Shown here piece after piece: positions 44,366 to 52,791 of a DNA stretch of 64,000 nt (its first letter is position 1; every line of letters starts with the position of its first letter). The notes beneath the pieces are model-generated. The model worked only from the letters and a program-made list of their open reading frames with translations, was not told where the DNA came from and searched no databases. Position numbers and translations under genes: made by a program. The stretch is from an uncultured Fimbriimonadaceae bacterium (GTDB lineage: Bacteria > Armatimonadota > Fimbriimonadia > Fimbriimonadales > Fimbriimonadaceae): assembly GCA_964451255.1 (NCBI GenBank), contig CAYVHL010000001.1:1161252-1225251 (forward strand). The letters run 5' to 3'.

Positions 44366-45694
44366 TTAGCGGAAGACGACGAAGTCACCCGTGGTGGGGA
44401 ACGGCCAGCCTGTCGGTACGGTCGTTATCGTGAATTTGCCGTCCGCCGGTACCCCGTTGACCATGGTGAAGGTGCCGAGGCTGCCAGTCGCGTTCGTTGT
44501 GGGCGCACCGATCTCCTTGATCGGGTGTAGCGACACCGTGCCTGTCGAGCCGCTCATCGTAGCCGTGCCGAACCAGAGGGCGGAAACACCGGCGCCGCTC
44601 TTGTTGAAGGCCACCACTTGGTGCTGGCCGTTCGCCTTGGTCGTCGGCAGAACCATCATCGTGAAGTCGGGCACGTCGCTCAAGACCTCGGTGTAAGAAC
44701 GCCAGTAACCCTGCAGGGCGGCGATCAGCGTCGCGGTCGGCGGGGTTCCACGGGGATCGGGCTCGTAAACGTTGTATGTGCCTGGAGCAGGTTGCCCAGC
44801 GATCGTGATCGGCGCCGTGAGCGTGCCTGCCTCAACAAAGTTGGGTGAGAAGAGGTCGAACGAGCCGACGGAATTGAATCCTTTGCCAAGCCCCATTTGG
44901 TCGCCAGAGAACATGGCTTTGTCAGCCGAGCCTCCCAACGACATGCTCGGGCGGTCGGCTGCCGCCATCGGCGTCATGTCGAACGTGACAAAGTCGCTGA
45001 GGAACCCGGGGACGGCGGTGATTCCACCCGGCAGGTTTTCATTGTTCCATCCGTTCTGGTCGAACAGGATCTGCCCCGGCGGCCCCGGATCGAAGCTCAG
45101 GCTGGCATCGTTGATGTAAACCTGGACAGTCGTCTGCCGACCCGGAACGAGAGTGGCGTCGATCGGCATGGCGGGAAGAGCGACAGGCAAGCCGTTATAA
45201 AGTGAGAACACGTTGCCGAACTGGTCTTCAATGCCCCAGTCCCATGCCTCCATATAGAGTTGCGAGAAGTGTTTGGCGGCGACACCCGTGCCCAAGTCTT
45301 GGGTAAAGGACGCGTTGTTGACCGAATAGCCACCCAGGTTGCACTGGATGCCGGCCAAAGACCCCTGAAACACCGTCGGTACGACGTCGATCAGGCCGTT
45401 GCCCCACCGGAAAACGTTCAGCGTGACGTGGTTGTCACCAGAGCTACGTCGTCCCTGCCCAGACAGGATCACGATGTTCGCCTGGGCGTTTCGGCTTGGC
45501 AGGTTTACGGTGGCCAGTTGGCGAGATCCGGTGGATCCCGTGCTACCACCCGATGTCGACCCTGTCGACCCGATAATGCCCCCGTTGCCTCCGTTGCAAC
45601 CCACGACGATGGCACCGGCCACGAATGCGATTAGCCACTTCTTCAAAGCTAGCTCCCTTGTCCCCGGCCTCGCTGTGGCCTCCGCCACACACAC
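44366..45694 (-). CDS. hypothetical lipoprotein
   Basis: 442-aa ORF. A likely alternative TTG start at 45646 is preceded by AAGGGAG. Lipobox AIVVGC is followed by a Gly/Ser/Thr linker and a beta-rich body. Its stop lies 5 nt from the Dop-like gene start. Confidence 0.7.
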   Translation of the reverse strand: MCVAEATARPGTRELALKKWLIAFVAGAIVVGCNGGNGGIIGSTGSTSGGSTGSTGSRQLATVNLPSRNAQANIVILSGQGRRSSGDNHVTLNVFRWGNGLIDVVPTVFQGSLAGIQCNLGGYSVNNASFTQDLGTGVAAKHFSQLYMEAWDWGIEDQFGNVFSLYNGLPVALPAMPIDATLVPGRQTTVQVYINDASLSFDPGPPGQILFDQNGWNNENLPGGITAVPGFLSDFVTFDMTPMAAADRPSMSLGGSADKAMFSGDQMGLGKGFNSVGSFDLFSPNFVEAGTLTAPITIAGQPAPGTYNVYEPDPRGTPPTATLIAALQGYWRSYTEVLSDVPDFTMMVLPTTKANGQHQVVAFNKSGAGVSALWFGTATMSGSTGTVSLHPIKEIGAPTTNATGSLGTFTMVNGVPADGKFTITTVPTGWPFPTTGDFVVFR

Positions 45695-45891
45695 GGGTCA
45701 CCACCGAGGCACATCCATGCCAGGCAGAGTTCCCAAGCCGAAGCCAATGGTACCCAAAAGACGGAGCCGTTGCGACTAATCGTTCGCACCAATCGCGTCA
45801 GATCGAGAAATCGATCATGTTCGGGGCCTCCGGAAGTGTCCGATCCAGTCGGTGGAATGCGTCTCGACCCCGGGGTAACATCACCACCCCC

Positions 45892-46419
45892 ATGAAAAAG
45901 GAGGACCTGCTGGATCTGAACGAAGCGGTCCAGAACCCTGGGAAAAAGCTTTCGTTTACGTTCTCTACGCCGCTGAATCAGGAGGAGGACTTGGATTTGG
46001 TCGAGCCGGCTGAAGCTCGGCTTGACGCGGTCAGCACCGGCAACATGCTTCTCGTCGAGACGACGGTCCGTGCCAAGGCGGTCGTCGAATGCGCCCGGTG
46101 CGGAGCCCCTTTGGAGGTGCCGATCGACTTCTCCATGGACGACCAGTTCGAAGTCGAGGGCGTGCCTAGTTGCTACGCCTCGGACGGTTACGCCAAGATC
46201 GTCACTGACGAGCCTGAACCGCTCTTCAAGAACAACGCGCTGATAAGAGACGCCTATGTCCGGCAAGGCCTCCTCCTCAACATTCCCGTCCAACCCCTCT
46301 GCTCTTTTGGATGGGATGGCCCTTGCCCTAACGCTGGAGCCGCCAGGCGAGAGGATGGGGCGCACGGCCATCCGGCGTTTGGCGATCTCGGGCATCTGAT
46401 TTCTGGAGACAAGGGTTGA
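45892..46419 (+). CDS. yceD: YceD/DUF177 family protein
   Basis: ORF 45625..46419 trimmed to the ATG at 45892 (MKKEDLLDLNEAV...). Contains a CxxC pair (ECARCGAPLEVPIDF). In the usual position upstream of plsX. Confidence 0.85.
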   Translation: MKKEDLLDLNEAVQNPGKKLSFTFSTPLNQEEDLDLVEPAEARLDAVSTGNMLLVETTVRAKAVVECARCGAPLEVPIDFSMDDQFEVEGVPSCYASDGYAKIVTDEPEPLFKNNALIRDAYVRQGLLLNIPVQPLCSFGWDGPCPNAGAARREDGAHGHPAFGDLGHLISGDKG

Positions 46420-47414
46420 CGCGGGTCGCGCTCGACGCTATGGGTGGCGACCACGCGCCCGAACAGATCGTCGTCGGCGCCGTGCAAGCCGCCAGGGAGC
46501 TGGACGGGGAAGTGATCTTGGTCGGTGACCCTGACAAGATCCATCGGTTCCTAGGGCCTGACAAACCGACCAACATTCGGATCCACGCGGCGAGCGAAGT
46601 CGTCGAGATGGATGAGAAACCAGCGGAGGCCATCAGGCGCAAGAAGGACTCGTCTATGGTCGTCGCGGCCGGAATGGTCAAGTCTGGCGAGGCGGACGCT
46701 TTTGTATCGGCAGGTAACACGGGCGCAGCCACCGCCTCCGCCCTTCTTGGATGGGGCCGGATCAAGGGTGTCGAGAGGCCAGCCATCGCCACCCAGTTTC
46801 CCAACCGGTTTGGTCGCTTCCTCTTGCTCGACTCAGGAGCTTCGCCGGACGCGGAGCCACGCCAGATGCTGGAGTTCGCGCTGATGGGTCGCGCCTTCGC
46901 CGAGCGGGTGATGGGAAAGGCCGACCCCAAGGCCCATCTCCTGAACATCGGCGAGGAACCGGGAAAGGGCAACGCGTTTGCCAAGCACGCGCATGAACTG
47001 ATGGCGCGGCACGATTGGTTCGGTGGCAACATCGAAAGCAAGGAGATGTTCAAGAAGCCGGTCGACGTCGTCGTGTGCGACGCTTTTGTCGGCAACCTCG
47101 TGCTCAAAGCCTGCGAAGGCGTGGCCGAGTTCATCATGGGCGAGATCAAGCGGGCGGTGCCCAAGGGTCTTGCGCGTATCCTGTGGTTGCCAGCCCAAAG
47201 CGGCATGGCGCCGCTCCGTCAACAGATTGATTACCGCGAGTACGGCGGGTCGCCCCTCCTCGGTGTGAACGGTGTGTGTATCATCGCCCACGGGAGCAGC
47301 GACGCCAAGGCGGTCAAGAACGCCGTCCTGAACGGAGCGCGCGCCCATCGGCAAGGGCTCGTGCAGGCCATACGTGAGAGTGTGGACGCCGAGGTCCGAC
47401 AGGGCATTTTATGA
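46416..47414 (+). CDS. plsX: phosphate acyltransferase PlsX
   Basis: 332 aa. TTG start overlapping the yceD stop. N-terminal VALDAMGGDHAP. Confidence 0.95.
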   Translation: MTRVALDAMGGDHAPEQIVVGAVQAARELDGEVILVGDPDKIHRFLGPDKPTNIRIHAASEVVEMDEKPAEAIRRKKDSSMVVAAGMVKSGEADAFVSAGNTGAATASALLGWGRIKGVERPAIATQFPNRFGRFLLLDSGASPDAEPRQMLEFALMGRAFAERVMGKADPKAHLLNIGEEPGKGNAFAKHAHELMARHDWFGGNIESKEMFKKPVDVVVCDAFVGNLVLKACEGVAEFIMGEIKRAVPKGLARILWLPAQSGMAPLRQQIDYREYGGSPLLGVNGVCIIAHGSSDAKAVKNAVLNGARAHRQGLVQAIRESVDAEVRQGIL

Positions 47415-48397
47415 GCATCACGTCCGTCGTCCAAGGGATCGGCCATGCGGTGCCGGAGAAGAGACTAACCAACCACGACCTGGAAAGGCTCGTGGACACC
47501 AGCGACGAATGGATCGCCCAGCGCACAGGAATTCGGGAAAGAAGGGTCTGCAGTGACGAAGAGGCCGCCAGCGACCTGGCCGTCGCGGCCGCCCGCGAAG
47601 CCCTGGCTTCAGCAGGTATGGCGTCTGACGAACTGGACATGGTCATGTGCGCGACCGTCACCGGCGATTTCCGGTTCCCCGCAACATCCAATATCGTCCA
47701 GCATGCGGTCGGCGCCACACGCGCCGGCGCATTCGACGTCCAGGCCGCTTGTGCCGGGTCGATCTACGCGTTGAGCATCGCGGACGCCATGATCAAGGCG
47801 GGGCAGATCAAGAACGCCCTCGTCATCGGGGTCGACACCCTTACCAAACTCGTGGACTGGACGGACCGGTCGACTTGTGTGCTCTTCGGCGACGGCGCAG
47901 GGGCCCTGGTCGTCAAAGGCGAGGAGGGGACAGACCGCGGGATCGTCAAGACCGTCCTCCTGAGCGACGGAAGCGGCGCGCCGCACATCTGCATCGAGCA
48001 AGGCGGCTCGCGGTACCCTCATGGCAAGGACTTCAGCCAGGCCCACGGGGACCGTATCTATATGAACGGCCCCGAGACTTACCGGTTTGCCGTAAAGGCG
48101 ATCGGCGACGCCTGTTGCCGGGTCTTAGACGAAGCCGGTCTCCACAGCGACGAGGTCGACCTCTTCGTCCCCCACCAGGCCAACCTGCGCATCATCGAGT
48201 CCGCCGCCGAACGCCTCGAACTACCGCCGGACAAGGTCTACGTGAATATCCACAAGTACGGTAACACCTCTGCCGCTTCCATCCCGCTCGGCCTCTATGA
48301 GGCGAACAAGGAGGGGAGGCTGAAGAAGGGCGACCTCGTGTTGACAGTGGGCTTTGGCGCGGGCCTCGTGTGGGGAGCGAACCTCATCCGCTGGTAG
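47411..48397 (+). CDS. fabH: beta-ketoacyl-ACP synthase III
   Basis: 328 aa. Catalytic Cys in AACAGSIYAL, plus HQANLRII and GNTSAASIP motifs. Confidence 0.95.
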   Translation: MSITSVVQGIGHAVPEKRLTNHDLERLVDTSDEWIAQRTGIRERRVCSDEEAASDLAVAAAREALASAGMASDELDMVMCATVTGDFRFPATSNIVQHAVGATRAGAFDVQAACAGSIYALSIADAMIKAGQIKNALVIGVDTLTKLVDWTDRSTCVLFGDGAGALVVKGEEGTDRGIVKTVLLSDGSGAPHICIEQGGSRYPHGKDFSQAHGDRIYMNGPETYRFAVKAIGDACCRVLDEAGLHSDEVDLFVPHQANLRIIESAAERLELPPDKVYVNIHKYGNTSAASIPLGLYEANKEGRLKKGDLVLTVGFGAGLVWGANLIRW

Positions 48398-48407
48398 TCG
48401 TCCGGGA

Positions 48408-49727
48408 TCAACCCAGCCCGGTCAAAGCCCCGTCGCCGCAGTAGTCGCGGTTGCCAAAGGACTTCACGTCGTGTCCGAACCCCTGGGCCAAGGCCATGAG
48501 CAAGCGGTTGTGGGGGACCCTGTCGTACTGTAGAGACCGACCGGTATTGAACCCTAGTCCCCCGCCGACCATGACGAACGGGATGTTGTCCAGTGTGTGG
48601 GAATTGCCCTGCCCAAGCTCGTTCGTCCACAGGACGGTCGTGTGGTCGAGCATCGATCCGTCGCCACCCGGCTCGGGCGTCTCCGACAGCCGTTTGGCCA
48701 AGTAGGCTAGTTGCTCGCAGTACCACTTGTTGATCTTGGTGAGTTTTTCTTGCGAGTCGGCGTCACTGTCGGGTTTGTGGGAGAGATCGTGCTGGCCTTC
48801 CTTGATGTCGAGCCAGGTGAAGCGGGCCTGTCCGACGGAGTTCGTGTATTGCAACGTCGCTACCCGGGTGGCGTCTTCTTGGAACGCGCTGACCATTAGG
48901 TCGATCTGAAGCTTGCTGAGCGTCGGGATGTTGTCGTTGTGACGTCGGACGCCCGGCTCGATCGGCGGCACCGCGTGGCCCACCGATGCCTTGCGGGCGG
49001 ACTGGATGTCTTGTTCAAGATCACGGACGGCGGTCAGATGCTGGTCGAGCAAGTGCTCGTCCTCCTTGGCGATGACACCCCTGACCTTGTTGATGTCCTC
49101 CCTCAAGTCGTCTAGGACGCTACTGAGAACTTCGCGGCCCTTCATCTGGCCGTGGATCTTGTTGAACATCAAATAGGGGTCGTCGACCGGGGCGACGGGC
49201 CGGTTCGGCCCCGCATAGACCATACGTGTCCAAGTGTCCGCATGGTCGGGGACCATGACTCCGAACTCCAACGAACCGAATCGCGTCCGGGTCTCCGGTG
49301 ACTTCTGTAAGAAGTCCTTGATCTCTTGGTCGATCGATATGCCGCTCGACCATCCGGCTGGCGTGTCGGAGCCGCCTTGCACGTTGCCAGGGAAGAGTTC
49401 GATGCCCGTCAACAAGCAGCCGATGCCCCGCATATGGCCGTCTCCGTCTCCCCGGATGCGGTCGCAGACGCCTTTCAAGACCAGCGTCTTGTCCTTGAAC
49501 GGGGCAAGGGGCGTCAAGCTCTCTTTGAGGTTGAACGCGGATCCCGCTTGATCGGGCCAAAAAGTGTCAGGCACGATTCCGTCGGGGCTGAATATGATCA
49601 CCAGTCGCTGCTTCCGCTTGGCAGTACCAAACGTCGCCCCTAGGCTAGGCAATCCCAGCAGGTATGGCGTCGCCACCGCTCCGATCCCCAGGTTTTTCAA
49701 GACCTGTCTGCGTGTGGTTTCTCTCAT
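48408..49727 (-). CDS. DUF1552 domain protein (Tat-signal)
   Basis: 439 aa. N-terminal [22 protein letters not shown]. Its start overlaps the stop of the upstream DUF1592-type gene (ATGA), the usual pairing. Confidence 0.88.
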   Translation of the reverse strand: MRETTRRQVLKNLGIGAVATPYLLGLPSLGATFGTAKRKQRLVIIFSPDGIVPDTFWPDQAGSAFNLKESLTPLAPFKDKTLVLKGVCDRIRGDGDGHMRGIGCLLTGIELFPGNVQGGSDTPAGWSSGISIDQEIKDFLQKSPETRTRFGSLEFGVMVPDHADTWTRMVYAGPNRPVAPVDDPYLMFNKIHGQMKGREVLSSVLDDLREDINKVRGVIAKEDEHLLDQHLTAVRDLEQDIQSARKASVGHAVPPIEPGVRRHNDNIPTLSKLQIDLMVSAFQEDATRVATLQYTNSVGQARFTWLDIKEGQHDLSHKPDSDADSQEKLTKINKWYCEQLAYLAKRLSETPEPGGDGSMLDHTTVLWTNELGQGNSHTLDNIPFVMVGGGLGFNTGRSLQYDRVPHNRLLMALAQGFGHDVKSFGNRDYCGDGALTGLG

Positions 49728-52009
49728 GTCCGCCTCGAGGCCGTCGTCGCGATCTGCACCAACAGTTCCCTCATATTGTAGTCGGCATTCTTGAACTTGG
49801 TGACCAAGTCGGACAACGCCGTCTGCCCATAAGCGCGGACCGGCTCCTTGGTGATGTACTGGAACAGTTTTTCCACGAACGCGGCCTGGGCCTCGTCGCT
49901 GGTCGCCAGATAGGCGGCAAGATCGCCGGCGTTCTTGAACATGACCGTCGTACCGGCCTTTGTCTTGTAGTGTCCGGATGTGTCGACCGGCTTGCCGTTG
50001 TCGGACTTCCGCACCCTGCCGATCGCGTCGTACTCTTCAAAGGTGAAGCCGATCGGGTTGATGAGCGCATGGCAAGAGCTGCACGGGGTGTTCTTGGTCT
50101 GTAGCGCAACCCGCTCGCGGGTGGTCAGGTTCGGGTGCAGGCTCGCCGCGGCCGGGGCGGTAGCGACGGGCGGCGGCGCGAGGACGCGGCCCAGCATGTT
50201 CCTTACGACCAAGACCCCTCGGTGGATGGGCGAGCTTCCGTCCAGATAGGCATACCGCGCCATCACGTAGGGCTGGGTCAACAGGCCGGATCGGCCCGGG
50301 GCCCGCAAAGCTTGAAACGGCGCTCCAGCAGGCAAGCCGCCTCCATAGACTTTGGCCAGACGCCCGTTCCAGTACACCTTGTCGCTGAGCATCATCTCGC
50401 GGTAGTCAGCCTTGGGCCCCCACGCGACCTCCCTAAGGAACAGATCCAGGGAAGTCCGCAGGTCGCCGACCGTGGACTCGTCGAAGCCGGGGAACTTCTT
50501 GCTATCTTTGACGACGTCGGGGATCTCGTCAAGCCTTAGCCAGTGCATCAGGAAGTCTCGAAACTTGCTCAACGCGCGGGGGTCGTCGGCCATCCGACGG
50601 GCCTGCTTCTCGACAGCCCCCCTGTCTTTGAGCTCCCCTGCCGCCGCCGCGCGAAGCAGCTCCGGGTCGGGCAGGCTGTCCCACAGGGCGAACGAGAGGT
50701 CGGCGGCGTTCTTGTACGGATCGTCCGAGGAACCGATCTCGCGGTATAGGAACCGGGGAGACATCAGCGCCAAGACGACGGCACGCTTGATCGAAGCCGA
50801 CAGATCCGGTGAGTTCGCGAACTGCTTGTCTATGTAGCGCCTTTCCGTCTCCGCATCAAGGGGTTGCCGGAAGGCTCGCACGACGAACTGCTTGGCCAAG
50901 GCCTTCGCTTCTTGGGGGTCTTTCAGTTGATCGTCTTTAGCCGACCGGATGACTTGGTCGGCCACTTCGACGGCGGCACGGCCCAGCGCCTCGTCCCACT
51001 GCGGGCTGATCGAGCTGCCCCGCGCGTATCCGGTGCTGCTGTCGTCGGCCGGAAACGCGGTCTGCACGACATAGGTCGGGTCGTTGCCAGACGTTGACAG
51101 ATAGACCGACGGGATCACTTCGTCGGCCCCTTTGGGTGGCCTCCACAACAAGCGGATGAACGCCGGGGTGGCCTCGGTCTTGTTCAGCTTCTCGTCTTGT
51201 ACGCCCTGGATCCACTTCTTGAACTCGACATACACCGGATAGGCCCGGCCAGCCAGCATGCTGACCGTGGCCCTGAACTCTGTCTGGTTGCCTGAGCGGA
51301 CCAAGGCGTCGACGGTGGGGACAGGACTGCCGTTGAAGTAGAGGGCGGCCGCTTGGTCGGTCTCCAAGATCAGGTCGAAGTCGCCGGTGTCTGGAGCTAC
51401 AATGGCTCCGCTCCAGGTCACGAGGTAAGCCTTTGCGTCCACGTCGCCGGGTTCTGGCCCCGCCTTAGAAAAGTGGAAGTCCAGCTGGCGGTCGACACGC
51501 TCTATCTTGCGGTCCTTCTTCTTGGCTTCCTTCCCTGAGAAGTACTTCCCGTTAAGGCCGTTTTGTCCAGGGTTGACGGCGGCATGGTAGTCGCCGACAA
51601 GATCGGCGACGGCGTTCTTGAGTTGGCGGACGGTCAGTCGCTGCAACGCGATCCGGGCCGGCCGGTTCCTTTCTTGTGCGAGAGGCGAGTAGAACGCTTC
51701 GTACATGTACGCCGCCACGGCCCTGGCTTCAGCAACCGAGGCATGTCTTGGCCCTGGCGGCATGTTCTTAGCGATGAAGGCGCCCAGCTCCTCTTGGGTG
51801 AGCTTGCCGGCCAAGGGGCCGGAATAGCCCGGCCCGCCCGCGCCTGCCTCACCATGGCAAGGGGCGCATGTCTTTGCGAAGAGTCCCTTGCCCGTTAGGA
51901 ACGCCTTGGACTGTGGCGGGTCTTGCCGGCCCGGCACGGCCAGAGCGACGACGAGTGGCGCCACACTAAGAGCGGTGACTGTCAGCCGTCGCCAATCCGT
52001 CCTCACCAT
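49724..52009 (-). CDS. multi-domain DUF1592/DUF1595/DUF1587/DUF1588/DUF1585-type protein with CxxCH motifs
   Basis: 761 aa. Signal peptide, heme-binding-type CAPCHGE near the N-terminus and [13 protein letters not shown] near the C-terminus. Confidence 0.88.
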   Translation of the reverse strand: MVRTDWRRLTVTALSVAPLVVALAVPGRQDPPQSKAFLTGKGLFAKTCAPCHGEAGAGGPGYSGPLAGKLTQEELGAFIAKNMPPGPRHASVAEARAVAAYMYEAFYSPLAQERNRPARIALQRLTVRQLKNAVADLVGDYHAAVNPGQNGLNGKYFSGKEAKKKDRKIERVDRQLDFHFSKAGPEPGDVDAKAYLVTWSGAIVAPDTGDFDLILETDQAAALYFNGSPVPTVDALVRSGNQTEFRATVSMLAGRAYPVYVEFKKWIQGVQDEKLNKTEATPAFIRLLWRPPKGADEVIPSVYLSTSGNDPTYVVQTAFPADDSSTGYARGSSISPQWDEALGRAAVEVADQVIRSAKDDQLKDPQEAKALAKQFVVRAFRQPLDAETERRYIDKQFANSPDLSASIKRAVVLALMSPRFLYREIGSSDDPYKNAADLSFALWDSLPDPELLRAAAAGELKDRGAVEKQARRMADDPRALSKFRDFLMHWLRLDEIPDVVKDSKKFPGFDESTVGDLRTSLDLFLREVAWGPKADYREMMLSDKVYWNGRLAKVYGGGLPAGAPFQALRAPGRSGLLTQPYVMARYAYLDGSSPIHRGVLVVRNMLGRVLAPPPVATAPAAASLHPNLTTRERVALQTKNTPCSSCHALINPIGFTFEEYDAIGRVRKSDNGKPVDTSGHYKTKAGTTVMFKNAGDLAAYLATSDEAQAAFVEKLFQYITKEPVRAYGQTALSDLVTKFKNADYNMRELLVQIATTASRRT

Positions 52010-52604
52010 TCACCCCTTCGTCCTAGGGTACTCGCATTCAATGCCGTTTCGACCTGGCATTGATGCCGTCCCGGAACTGGCCCGAAAGACACTGACATTA
52101 GGACTTTGTCCCAAAATTGCGCACGTTGTGTATCCATGAGTGGCAAACGCCTGTCAAAGTAACGCTCCTTCCCCGAACAGGGAAAGAATCACAAAGGACG
52201 TGACGATGGACAGGCAAACCATGAAATCAAGGTGCGCGCTTTGACGCGACCTGCCGCCACCGTCTGACGAGCCGATCCTCCACCCGAGGCCCCGCCCGTC
52301 AGACCGACGAGGCGAAGGGCGCGACCGGCTTCCGGCCGCAAAGCACCGCACACCACACCCAATCGACCACATGGTGGCGCCCCGCGTGCCCCGTGTGACG
52401 ACCAGCATTCCGTCCGGCGGACGCGCCCGGACGGTCGACTCGCTGAGGCCCGGGCGGGCCGCGAAGGACGGTTATCGTTCATACCGAAACCCACTGTGAA
52501 AGGTGGATGGCGAAAGCCTCTCCGTCCTCACTTTTGCCCGCCCGACAGGCCTTGGCCAGCAAGAAGTCTTTCGTAGTCCAGACAACGAAGACAGTAGAAG
52601 ATTT

Positions 52605-52741
52605 GGCCTTTCGGGCCGAGGTGAACGGGTTATCGCGCCGGGGGTTCGAATCCCTCCTGGCAAGGACGGCTTCCCAGCTTGACTTGCCAGTAGCTCAGGG
52701 GTAGAGCACGAACGGCCGTCACGGCACTTGCCCGAAGGGCC
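52605..52741 (+). ncRNA. YrlA-class bacterial Y RNA candidate (permuted tRNA-like domain on a bulged stem)
   Basis: Base pairs read directly from the sequence. T arm 52640-52656 with loop TTCGAAT. 7-bp closed acceptor-like stem CTGGCAA (52657-52663) / TTGCCAG (52684-52690). TA at the U8/A9 positions. D arm GCTC-AGGGGTA-GAGC (52693-52707). Anticodon-stem equivalent 52709-52713 pairs with 52629-52635. A 7-bp helix with a bulged A (52621-52628 / 52716-52722). A 12-bp helix 52605-52616 / 52730-52741. It lies 50 nt upstream of rsr on the same strand. The true 5' and 3' ends are unknown. Confidence 0.7.
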
Positions 52742-52791
52742 CCACACATGCGGGAAACTGCAAGACAAGCAACTGAAGGAGAAAACAGGAC

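Noticed and set aside
52640-52710. Canonical tRNA gene (GGTTCGAATCC T loop and TAGCTCAGGGGTAGAGC D arm are both present)
   Set aside because: The arms are in the wrong order for a tRNA, with the T arm 5' of the D arm. The acceptor stem is closed by a loop, and there is no anticodon arm. I interpret it as the tRNA-mimic domain of a Y RNA instead.
52655-52740. Sigma-54 (-24/-12) promoter for rsr, by analogy with the RtcR-controlled Salmonella rsr operon (TGGCAA at about 52658 and GGCACTTGC at about 52723)
   Set aside because: Neither site has the required GG-N10-GC spacing of TGGCAC-N5-TTGC. No rtcR, rtcB or rtcA is present in the window.
52154-52768. ORFs 52154..52408(-), 52189..52494(-), 52472..52768(-) and 52507..52704(+) in the long spacer
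   Set aside because: They are Arg/Ser/Pro/Gly-rich and mutually overlapping in different frames. They have no RBS and no recognisable domains. Two of them run through the structured tRNA-like RNA. These are typical high-GC shadow ORFs.
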